From: Aplysia californica
Taxonomy: Eukaryota
Reading direction: 5' to 3'
NCBI RefSeq assembly: GCF_000002075.1
Contig: NW_004797404.1
Location: 3,356 to 67,355 of the forward strand
Length of the DNA: 64,000 nucleotides
Shown: positions 1 through 11,800 of the stretch, one piece after another
Layout: each line of letters starts with the position of its first letter
How positions within the stretch are numbered: the stretch's first letter is position 1
Program-made: the position numbers and the translations under genes
Notes under the pieces: model-generated
The model's database searches: none
What the model was told of the DNA's origin: nothing
The model's input: only the letters and a program-made list of their open reading frames with translations

Positions 1-835
1 GTTGAGGGAAGGGGGGGGGCGGGGCTGTTGGTTTTTCTCTTTGGGTTTTTTTCCCCTAGATGTGGACCACGAGTAACTTACGCAGCCTACCTAGTCTGTC
101 ACCTCCAGCTCACTGGCGCCATTTTTTTTAATACAGTAAATTATTATATCCAGTTTCTACAATTTTACGGGAGAGATTTAAAATAAAACTGAATGTTTTT
201 ACCAAAAAAACAACTCTTTATACAAAGCCCAAGTCAATATTTTTTAAGAATATGGTTTTGATAATAACTTCCGTATTACCTTTAAAGCAATTGTTTTGTT
301 TTGTTTTGGTTTTTTGTGTGTTTTTAAGGGAAAGGGGGGGATAGGTTTATTGTTGTTTCGGCTCTCCTGTAATTTTTTTTAAAAAATATAAATAAATATC
401 TTCATATACTGTACTTTTTTAAATGACGACAGCACAGGAACACCGTGAAAACAATCTAAGCAACTTCTTCCCCAACTAATGACCATATTAACAGTAGACA
501 TTGTTTTAAGCCCCCATCGACACGACTTAGATCATAATAAAGAATGCAGAGAGCTTCGAGCTTGCTCTTTAGATATATTATACTATAACCTGAAGGTGCG
601 ATGCATTCCAGCAGACAGATGGGGGTGCTTGATAGAATTATTACCCAACCGGGGAATTGGACTCGTGTCTTCTGTGTAGAGCAACCATTACACAACAGGC
701 GTCGGTCTCCCCATAATAAACATACTCAGCTTCAGTCCACGAAAAAAATAATTTGTTGACTGAAGAGCCAACAAGGTCAGTTATCTCTTTGAGGACACGC
801 AATCTGGTTATTCAGCAACACTTTTTTTTTTTTGG

Positions 836-1135
836 TAAGTGTTTTACGGCGTTCGCAACTGTATCGGGTCGTATGAGCGAGCTGGACAAACCAAAGATTC
901 TCAGTTGGTAGCAGATTTTGAATTTTGCCCGGGTGACCCCGAAGCCTACTCTTATCGATTTTGGACCAACAAGGGACCTGCGCAACTCGCCCTTATTCGA
1001 GATCTTTCCTACCATAAGTTCAGGGGTGCGGCTGAAAGACACCAGTAAGAAGGAGCCAAGGAGAAGCAGTTGAAAGCCTCAGAAAGAGTCAGGAGCCCAG
1101 AGAAGGGGGCAAAGGTGAGGGGGTGGGGGCAAAAA
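836..1135 (-). mobile_element. 5'-truncated copy of the same SINE family
   Basis: CCCGAAGCCTACTCTTATCGATTTTGGACC and GTTTTACGGCGTTCGCAACTG shared with 2003-2466; poly-T (A tail) at 822-833. Confidence 0.7.
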
Positions 1136-2002
1136 GCGAGCAAACACTTCGCTACCCTTGAATTATTCTCAGTACCTCGTTTTGAGAAATTTGACGTTTC
1201 AGATTTTGAGTTTCACAATATGTCAAAGTCAAGATTTTTTCAAATTCTATTCTAAGTGTATACATGTATCTTGACAACAACTCCACATATCCTACGATTT
1301 TGATTGACAGAACATTTAGTTTCTGACCTCATGATCTTAGTAACTCAAGACGGCCAAAAATGTCAGGTGTTATTTTAAAGTAGCGACTTTCATGTATTTC
1401 AGAAGCACTGTTTTAGGGCAATTAAATTTTTTTAAAGAAGCATGATTTTGTTATTTATACAGATTTTTCACTTCAAATATCTTTATTTGCAACTTTAAAA
1501 AGCAGGCAACAGCGTGCGCACTGCATGTTAATTCCTGATTCTGAGTTGTGTAAGGTAAACTGAAATGTTTAGTTTTAGTAAGAGTCTTACGGCACTTGCA
1601 ACACAGTAAGGTCATATAAGCACCGGATATTAGGTGTTACTAGAGAGTAACAAACATAAAAAACGATAGTTGTTAGATAGGACAGAAGGAGCAAACCACA
1701 CCAGAGCACCCGCCAACCACCCACGCCTGAAATCTGCCACAACATAGCGTTTAGTCTGCTGCTGATTGGACCTATAGTATGTCCGTTACGTCCTGAAAGA
1801 GTGCGGTGAGTAAGGTCCTCGAATGCGCTCCCGAAGGTTTTGGGTNNNNNNNNNNNNNNNNNNNNNNNNNNNNNNNNNNNNNNNNNNNNNNNNNNNNNNN
1901 NNNNNNNNNNNNNNNNNNNNNNNNNNNNNNNNNNNNNNNNNNNNNNNNNNNNNNNNNNNNNNNNNNNNNNNNNNNNNNNNNNNNNNNNNNNNNNNNNNNN
2001 NN

Positions 2003-2466
2003 GGCAACTGCATATTAAGGTAATATGTGCGCGCGGGATATATTAAATATTTTCAATTGGTAGGAAATTTAGAATTTTGCCCGGGTAGCCCCCGAAGCCT
2101 ACTCTAATCGATTTTGGACCACCAAGGGATCTTTAATGTGCGCAACTTGAACACGGGACCTCCGAGATTTTTCGCTCTTGATGTGGATCATGTTACCATA
2201 AGATCAGGGGTGTGGCAAAAAGACAACAATAAGTATGAGTATGAGCCACGGGGTACATTTGTAGCACTAGAAAGGCTGCAGAAAGAGTCTGGCGCCCAGA
2301 GGAGGGGGCAAAGAAGGAGACGACAGAACATAGCTGGAGAGCAGGAATTGAGGTGAAAAGAGACAATTTTAGAGAAAAAAAATTTCCCGTCGCTATCCGG
2401 ATATGAACCCGGGACCTATTGAAAGAGAGGCAAACACCTTAATCTCTAGGTCACGAGAACCCCCCT
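2003..2466 (-). mobile_element. Second copy of the same tRNA-SINE family
   Basis: Reverse complement aligns by eye with 45039-45560 (box B GGTTCATATCC, AGAGTAGGCTTCGGGG, 3' tail next to the N gap). Confidence 0.75.
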
Positions 2467-3185
2467 TGAAGGAGGAGGAGAGATTATAAGGAAGATAAAT
2501 CTTTGAAAAGAAAGACGGAGCACCCGCAAACCACTCATGCGACAGAAGACAAAGTATCTTCCCGTTGCTTTTGACAGCATTGAATTATTGTGCATGATTT
2601 TAAATGAGTGAGTGACGCCCTCATAGACACAATTACGGTAATGTTCAGGGCAGCCTGCTTCCACTCTGCCTGCCTGGTCCAACTCACATCGAGAGGGATA
2701 CAGCATCCGACAGACAGACAGACCGACAGACAGACAGAGAGACTGAGATACTCGATAAAAATAATAACTTCCCTGCACTGGAATCAACCCAAACTCGCAT
2801 CTTCTATGAGCAAAGACTTATAAATAGCCTACCATAGAAGTTTTAGTTCTAGGAACTTTCAACATTAAAGTCATATAAGGGCCAAAGATTGGAGGTGTTA
2901 CAAGCGAGTAACAAACACAGAAAAGAAGGAAGAAAGAGACAAGGACAATAAATGTTTGATTGGAAAGAACGAGCAAACCTAACCAGAGCACACACCAACC
3001 ACCTACTCACCGTAGAAGACACAGGCGACAGCACTGTAAAACAAGATGGACAAAAAATAAGCACGTAACACAAAACAAGCAAATATGAGAAAGGGACAAA
3101 ATGATTCAAGTTAAGTACATACCATAATTCTCTTTAATTCGTTTCAAGTTTCAACTACGTCTATGTACAGTGAAAGAACAGACAA

Positions 3186-3255
3186 CAATAGCAGTATACA
3201 GTGAGTCTATGCTCATCGACAATAGCAGTATACAGTGAGTCTATGCTCATCGACA
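3186..3255 (+). repeat. 34-bp perfect tandem duplication
   Basis: ACAATAGCAGTATACAGTGAGTCTATGCTCATCG twice. Confidence 0.9.
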
Positions 3256-3597
3256 AGACCCTACCCAACACTGTACACAAGTCAAAAGCATGATATCTCC
3301 CCACCCCCATCACCCGACCAAGAAGGTAACACAGGCTAACAAGGGTTCCCCAATGTCACTTTCACAAACATACTCTGTGACAGTTTTTCTCATTTTCCTA
3401 CTTTTAAATGAGCACAAAAGTCAAACTTGTAACAGCAAATAGAGGGAGCTTTTCTCACTTTTCCCCCATTGGGAAAAAATGGGGAAAGATTAGGAATTTC
3501 TCACAGTCACAGTTACTACCCTGTATTAATACATATCAGCCATTTGTACCGCTGACAAAAAAAGAAATAGAAATGAACCGTTTTAACTCTCAGACTA

Positions 3598-3810
3598 TGT
3601 GACTAAGCGTATGAGACTGGATCATCACCTTTTCCACCGTACAGCCCTAAATGACATCAGAGCTACACACTTCTCCTTCCAAGAGCTAACATTGACAACA
3701 CACTCTACGGAACATTACAGCAACTGCAGCAAACCTGCACTTATCACTACATGGCATTGGACAGAAGGGCGAGAGCCTAGCTGTTGCTGGATCGATAAGA
3801 ACAACAAGAG
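3598..3810 (+). mobile_element. LINE 3' fragment (I/Nimb-like), longer copy of the 23354-23427 insert
   Basis: Degenerate LLPRANIDNTLYGTLQQLQQTCTY followed by the shared 3' UTR and AAC tail; the clade is a guess. Confidence 0.55.
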
Positions 3811-5830
3811 ACAATTGTTAATCATCCGGTTGCCGTGGAAGAAAGAAATGTCAACAAGGAAACGACGACCTGTGCATTCTTGGATAGCGTCCCCGTACCC
3901 ATCAAGCATTAGGGAAAACAGAGAACTCGCCGTCATACTTGCGACCTGACAAAACTTTTACCATCATGCTCTTCTTAGAATTAATTACTTTTCGGTCAGG
4001 CCATTTTCATATATTCCATTTAGACCTTAGATTGCAAAAGCACTAAGTCAAAAGTAAAATGTGCTTATTCCTAGTTCTTAAAGAAAGTTTTATAGAGGCT
4101 GCACAGCCTTTTCGTAAAAGAAGAGACATCTAATCAATCCTCTCTATTAAGGACAAAAAAATAGAACACCTTGTTTACAGTTTAAATAAAAGTGTATTGA
4201 GAGAGACATAAAGATTACAAACACAGTCCTGGAATGGGAAAAGATGCATATGAAGACATATGAAGAGAAAAAATATTTCTCTTCTCTACAATTGTTCACA
4301 GGAGACAGGAAACCTCATTCTCTGGGAAAAACTGGAAAAGTTCACTGGCTTGTGCATCATGTCATCATTGCAATCAACAATCTCGCTCTGGTCAACAACT
4401 CAGAGATCTACTGTCTCTTATTTATTGGCATTCAGTGACAAGGTTGAAACTGGAAGAGTCCTTCAAGTGTCAAATTTACACCAGTATCAGTAATCACTCG
4501 CATTTCAAACATAACCTAATTCTCAGAAATAAAAAAGTCAAAATATGTTTTCTACAACTGAATTAATCGGGAAGTTACAGCAAAGAAAATTTCTTGCATA
4601 TTTGTAAGGACAACTAAAGTAACAACAAATGCTAACACAAATATGGAAACAATGGACAAATATCATATTATGTATGTGTGTATTATCCGCAACTGTCAAA
4701 AGAAAGGAAATGAAATCAACAATTCTTGGACACAAACCAATCTAAAAACGACCCAGCTTCCCTCATGTTACACAAATTCTTCCTATAACCCACTATTCCC
4801 TATGTAGACTGCATTACCCAAGTTATATGTGTATGCTATCACACATTATAGGAATGAGGGTGGGGGGTGGGGGGGAGAGGAGTTTATAGCACACTAGTTT
4901 TTAAAAAAACACCAAAACTACATATAAATTTCTACCACTGAACTGATTGACAGATTAATAAAACAAAAACAAAGATAATATACAAAAATTTTATGTCTGT
5001 ACCTACAAAAAGTTGGGATTTTCTTTTTTTAGCAAAACAGTTTGCATAATCTCGACTCTAGCCCACTGGAGTGTTGGCGATTACGGAAATGGAAGACACA
5101 AGGGACTCAAAGGCGGGAGGAGCCAACCATACAGGGTAATGATGGGAAACAGGGAATGATATAATGAATCTAAAACAAACATGTCACTGTCTCAAACAAG
5201 AATACATTCCAATCTTAAACCGAAGACCCCCCTGACATCCAAATGCCAAGCAAATCTATTCATGGGGTGGCAGACACACAAAAGGTAAACTTGTTCATTG
5301 ACTCTCAAGCACACATTACTTTTCCCAATGCCTAAAACAGCAATAACATTGATAGAAAAACTGTTTTCTTTCTACATTTTTATGAACAACATAATTTTAC
5401 AAAAAACAAATTTGTAAGAAATGAGCTTTTTTTCTTCAGAGTATTCTGCAAATAAGTCAGGCATGAATTTTATATAACTGAAATGAAAAGGGAGAAAGAG
5501 ACAAATAGGATTTTTTTAAAACAAGAGGCTGGACAGGAATGATATTCTGCACCAGTCTCCGCAACAAATGAAGACGAAAATACTGTACGGACAGGCGCAC
5601 ACTAGGTTTTCACTAGCACACGACAATTCACTTCATATTCTTCTGTAACATCTCCAAAGACCAAAAAATCCCACAACTTCTTACACTGGGCATTCTTTAC
5701 TATCCACTTTACTATCCAGTCTCTCATTCTTCTCATTTCAGTCTCTCAATCTGAAAAACAACAACAACACAATCCCTTGGAGGACAGCAGAGTGGGCACA
5801 AGCACAAAGACAAATTCCAGGTCCTATCGG

Positions 5831-8800
5831 CTAAGAGCGTCTGGCTTTGCGGGCCTTCATGACATAGGCATCCACCAGCGAGCGAATCTTCTCCTGGTGC
5901 ACCACCGTCTCCTTCGAAGCTGTCACCTGACCAAACAAAGGAGACGACAAGACAATAAGTTTTAAGTAAGAGTTTCAAGGCACTTGCAACACAAATAGTT
6001 CGAACAAGAGCCGAAGATAAGAAAAGTGCTACTAGAGAGTATATACAAAGAGACGTAAGGGAGAAATAGGGACAATAGATGTTTGATGAAAAAAAAAGAG
6101 CAAACCACCTACAGTGAAAAGAAAACAGGTGATCTACTATTCTTTGAAAATTTCCAGACAGTCCATATTTCAGCAGGAAACACAACATTTTAAAATGACT
6201 CTGTGCTTCAACTTTATACCTTGCTGTAACTAAACTATTAAAAAGAAAAATAACATTTCTTGTCAAAATGAGAACAAACTTATACCCCAAAAAAAAACCC
6301 CAAAGGATGTTAATTTAGAGTAGAGAAAAGGAGACAGAGATAGGCAGAAGAGAAAAAGTGAAGAAAAAAAGAAGGTAGAATCTACCACTGGCATTCCCCA
6401 TCACCCACCTAACTTCCCACTCTCCACCAACTCCNNNNNNNNNNNNNNNNNNNNNNNNNNNNNNNNNNNNNNNNNNNNNNNNNNNNNNNNNNNNNNNNNN
6501 NNNNNNNNNNNNNNNNNNNNNNNNNNNNNNNNNNCACCCCCTCATCCTCATGACACTGACCTTCTCCACGGATCTCTTGAAGATGTCCTTGTACTCCTCC
6601 TTGCTGATCTTCTTGTTGCTCCAGGCGGCCTTGAGAGCGCTGCGCACTGCGTCCTCCACCAGCTGTTTAAAACCTTTCTTCACCTGCCCCCCACACAGAC
6701 ATAACAGTGGATGAAATACAACAGTCCATCAGACTAAGTAACAAGCTTTAGTCTAGTCTAGTCTAGTCTAGTCCAGTCCAGTCCAGTCCAGTCCAGTCCA
6801 GTCCAGTCCAGTCCAGTCCAGTCCAGTCTACTTTTATGGAACTTGCTACACAAATAGGTCATACAAATGCCCAAGATTTGAGGTGGTTACAAGTGAGTAA
6901 AATACAAAGAAAAAAAGGATGAGAGATAAAAAAGGTAGGCGTTTTTAGCAAAGAAAGAGCAAACCACACCAGAACACCCACCAACCACCCACATCACACA
7001 TTGAAGAAGCCCTTGTCGATCCAAATAACTATAAGGACAATACAAAAAAGACTCATCTCTGACAGATGTTGTGACATAACAGTAAATGTTTTCTGACCCC
7101 TTTAATGTATTTGAAGTCATTTAGAATGCTGACAGCTTCAACCCAACCTGTCAGGACCAACCCTGGCTGTGAGGGACCCAGCATCCCAGCACTGGTCATT
7201 AGTCATTGTATAGCTTTAACACCCCTTTCAACACTGTAATAACATCCCAGTAAAAACAAACATTCACTAAAATCAATTTCCCTATGTGGGAATCAAACTC
7301 AGGTGTTTTACCAGCAACAGCCTATCAATATCTCCACATGCTAAAAGTGTTACTTGGGAGAAACAGGCTTGTTGCACTAAAAAAATCAACTATGGTATGG
7401 GTTAAAGATCATACAGTCAACAACGGACAAACATGCAGCGACTCACCTCATCATGCAGGATATTGGAGGCCAGTCTGTCTGATGTGGCCACTCCCCGGAT
7501 GGCGGGCGGTGGGGAGATGCGATAGCTGGCCCGCCGGCTCACCTTCTCTTGCTTCGGGGATTTCAATCGTGTTTTACCGGCCTCATGACGCAACGCAGGA
7601 TGACTTTCAACTTTCCCTGCTGTTCCTGGCTCTAGTTTCCCACCGCCCCCCACTTCCTGTTTGAGGGTAACTCCTGGTTCTACCTTCTCCACACCTGTCA
7701 CGGGTTGTGGGTAGCGGGGGTAGCCCGGGTGGGCAGCAGGGGCAGGTGGTTGTTGGGGTGGTGGCTGATGTTGGCTGGTAGGGGGGTGGGATGGGTACGT
7801 TGAGCCCACTGCGGGTGCCGTTGGGTACATAGGGTGTCGTGTCGTAGCAGGGGCAGGTGGTGGGTAGTGACCCGAGGGCGGCCCAGGGTAATAGGGTGGG
7901 TGTTGCGACATGTGAGGGTGGGCTGCGGTGGTGCTGGCTGTAGGGGGTTGTGATGGAGGGGTGTGCCCGTAGTGTGGGGGGAAACCTGCATTGTGCGGTG
8001 TAGAGGTAGGGTGGGTGGTGGGATGGCCAGGGGGCGGGACTGGTGGGGGGAGGGTCGCGTTGTGCATTGGGTTCATGGGTCTCGGGGCCGGAGGGTAGGT
8101 AGGGTACCCAGGGTAAGGGTAGCTATGAGGACGGGTCATGGGTCTAGACCCCGGAGCCGTGGCGGGATTGTGGGGGTGGGGTGGGCCAGAGTAGTGAGGC
8201 GGTGGATACGAGGATTGTGGGTACGAAATGGCTCCTGGGTGGGCTGGGGGTCTTGCTGTGGGGTGGGGAGGCAGATGATGCTGCNNNNNNNNNNNNNNNN
8301 NNNNNNNNNNNNNNNNNNNNNNNNNNNNNNNNNNNNNNNNNNNNNNNNNNNNNNNNNNNNNNNNNNNNNNNNNNNNNNNNNNNNAAAGCACTGAGGTTGC
8401 GAAATCTACATAGAGAGGGGCAGACTTCGGTGTAGTGAGTGTGACGTCATCTCGGACAGATCCGAGGAATTCGTGGGGGCCGTCGGGGTGCTGAGTGAAC
8501 GGGGCTGGTGGCTGCTGTCGGCCACCGTGGATATGTACTGAAGGGTGGTGGGCATGGATCTCTGCAGGAGCCCCCTGTATAGGAGGGGGATGGCCCGGCC
8601 ATGGTTGCCTCTCATTAACCTTCTCCAAGTTGTCAGCAGCACTTGTGGAGCTAGCTGGGAGGTCATGATCTCTATTATAAGCATACCCGTTTGTTGATAC
8701 CTCTTCCATCCTTTCCCTCTCCTCTGCCCCTTCATCTCCACTCATCCCTGAGCTGACGTTTCCGTTACCAGAACCCTCCTCTCCTGAGCTGCTGGAAGAG

Positions 8801-11800
8801 TCTTCCTCTTCCTCCCTGTCCCTGCGAGTTCGGCTCCACTTCCCCCGCCGTCTACGTTTCTCCTCTCGGCTCTGGTGCCTATCTCCTTCATACCTCCTTC
8901 CCCGTTTCCTTTCCTCACTCCTCGACCTTGACCTACTCCTTCGTCTTTTTCCTCTGTTCCCCCTCCGCCGTTCATCCTTCTCGCTGTCCCTCCGCCGAGG
9001 CCGAGACGAGCTGCTGTCATATGACCCTGACCTTTGACTGACAGGCCGGCTATCCTGGGAATCAGAGCGTCGACGCCGCTTTTCACCATTGGGTTGAAAC
9101 TTCCGGTATTTTCTACTGTGTTTCTCCCCATGCTGCCAGGAGGGCTCCCCGCTCCACTCGTCATCTTTCTGCCAGCGACCATCTCTCCTCCCAAAGAACT
9201 CAGAGCCTCCATCCTCCTCCTCCTCTTCTTCTCCATCATAACCTTTACGTTTTCTCCCACTGCCAAATCGGAAACCCTGTTCTGAAGAGCCCGGATACCA
9301 TCTACCTCGTCCTCTACCACGGTAAAATCTCCCTCCCCCTTCCTCCTCTCTCCCATTCTCAAAATATTCCTCCCCACCAAAACCCGTAGTTCCTCTGCCT
9401 CCCCTCCCTCCACGGCCACCATAATGAAAACCTCTCCCCCTGCCCCTCCCTCCCCCTCGGGACACAACGGACGTTGACCCCTCTCCCTCCACTCCAAACT
9501 TGGGCCCGGCGGGTCCCAGGAAGTCAAGGATGCTGATCTTCTTTTTGCTCTTGTCCTCCTCTGCTTCCTGTCTATTCCTCTCTTCCTCCTCCACCTTCCT
9601 CTTTGCTTCCTCCTCCTCCTCCTTCTTCAATGTTTTCTCCTTTTTTTCATCAAAGTTATGAGTCACCAAGCTGCCCATCATGGACCCATTTACTCGTCCA
9701 TCTCGCTCTTCTTCATCAGTAACAGCACCTTCTTCTTCTTTCACAACAGGCGAGTCTTTATCAAATTTATCCTCCTGTGTCTTACCCATCTCCCCTGCAT
9801 CCCCTCCACCCCCTCCCAGTTGAACCTCTCCCTGACTCTCACTCCTCTTCCGGAAGGTTCCCCTTTCCATCTCCTCAATGTGAATCGCGTTCACGTCAAG
9901 ACCTCCACCACCCCCCTCCTCCTCCTCCTCCGCACACCCTCCTGCTGGGGGAGCCCACTCCTCCTCATCATCCACAATCTCCCCCTCCTCCTGGTCTCCC
10001 CCATCCCCTTCCTCCTCAACCGCCTCCCCAACAGATCTCACTTCTCCCTCCTCCCCACTATCACTTGCTTCCCCTTCCTCCCTCTCATAGCGGAAACCCA
10101 CCTCGCCAGTGTCGATACTTCCTGTCTCCTCATCCTCTCCACTCTCAAAACCTGCCAGATTGCCCTTTGAGCTGACCAGGTAATCTAGATTTCTCTTCAT
10201 GCGGCTGACCCGACCATGCCCTTCTACAGAGCTCATGGCATCCAGAGCTGACAGACTGGGTGCCAAGGACTGTGCAGACGAGGAAGGACCACTGGACAGT
10301 GCAGAAGAGGAAGGACCACTGTTGGAAAGACCCTGTGATGTTGATGGTTCCTCTGAGAAATCATCCACCTGCTCATTCTGAGTGTTGCGGGCACCATGCC
10401 TTTCTTCTGAGTCACCATCTGGGACTGAACTCAAATTTTGACCACCCAAACGGTCAGCACTTCCATCATCACAGAACACAGCAGAACTAGACGGGCCAGT
10501 CTCGCTTAGGTCACAACCATCGTCTGATGTTCGCTGGGCTGAAGACGACACCAAAGAATCTAGAAAACCCTCCGCCATGGTTTCACTCGCCCCACGGCTA
10601 GCTCCACCTCTCTTCTCCTCCACCATCTCATCTCCACTAGTATCCATCATCCCTTCAGTACCACCCATCGCCATCGTTGCTAACTCTTCATCAGAATCCG
10701 CTGATTTTGAAAAACTCGCCTCGGTCTCCACAGACTTCGATGAAGTGGAACTCTTTACTCGAGCCGTGCGCTTTTTGTCTCGTATTTCCCAGCTTATGGT
10801 CTTGTCAGATTTAGCTGTGACCTCAGAGGCTGAGGAGGATTTCTTGATTGGTGACTGCTTGACCTGCAGGGAGCTATCACTTCTGGCCTCAACACCGCTG
10901 GACTGTGCAGACGAGGACGGACTACTGTTGGATTGAGAACTACTTTTCGAACCTGCTGCATGTAGGGAACCTGGAGAAAAAATAAAAGTGGCTGAGTGGT
11001 TAGTGTGCTCAGGCTCACAATAATGTCAGGCATATGTCGATGACACAGCACTTTGGTGGGTGGTCAATGGGAGGGGTGTATCCTTCGTCACAACATAAAA
11101 ACCCTGACTTAGTGGTTAGGCTCTCGGACTCGCAACCGTAAGGTTGTGGGTTCGAATCCCGTCAGGGGCCCGACGTTGTGTCCTTGGGAAAGGCACTTTG
11201 CACAAATTTTCCTCACTTCACCCAGGTGGAAATGGGTACCCGGCTATAAACAGTGAAAGACTTTGTCAGTTTGATAGTGTTTGAGCGCGTGAAATCCGCA
11301 GCTTGCACTGTATGCTTCCTCAGAAGCTGAGAATGTTTCTGAGTGTTCTCAGAGGGTCTGCTGGGGTAATAATAGTTGTAAAGCGCATAGAGCATGCTCT
11401 TGAGCATGGATGTGCGCTATATAAATGCAATTATTATTATTATTATTATTAAACAAGGTGCTGCGCACGGACGACCAGCAATGATTTGTTGACTGTATTG
11501 GTGTGCCATGGTGTACTGTCACGAAACATTGATAAATTATTGCATTGTCTTGCACTATGCCTGGGATCAATGAATAGGGAATACTAAACAATTTTTGTTT
11601 TAAATACTAAGACACAAACACAGACAACACTTGCAGCTATTGCTACACCAGTCTCCCAATCTGACTTGCAACAATTTCCTAATGCAGTTGACATTTCACC
11701 CTAATAGACCAAGCATAGGTAAATTTGAAGGTGAACGTTGGGTTCCCCATCCCATAAAATGAAATATTTCAGGAAGATGAAAATGAAATGAAAAAATTGG

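Noticed and set aside
6748-6830. CRISPR-like or telomeric array
   Set aside because: Simple 5-bp microsatellite without spacers in a eukaryotic intron.
7698-10936. Overlapping and antisense ORFs over the gene B giant exon (likewise 36099-39794 in gene A)
   Set aside because: Shadows of GC-rich low-complexity coding sequence.
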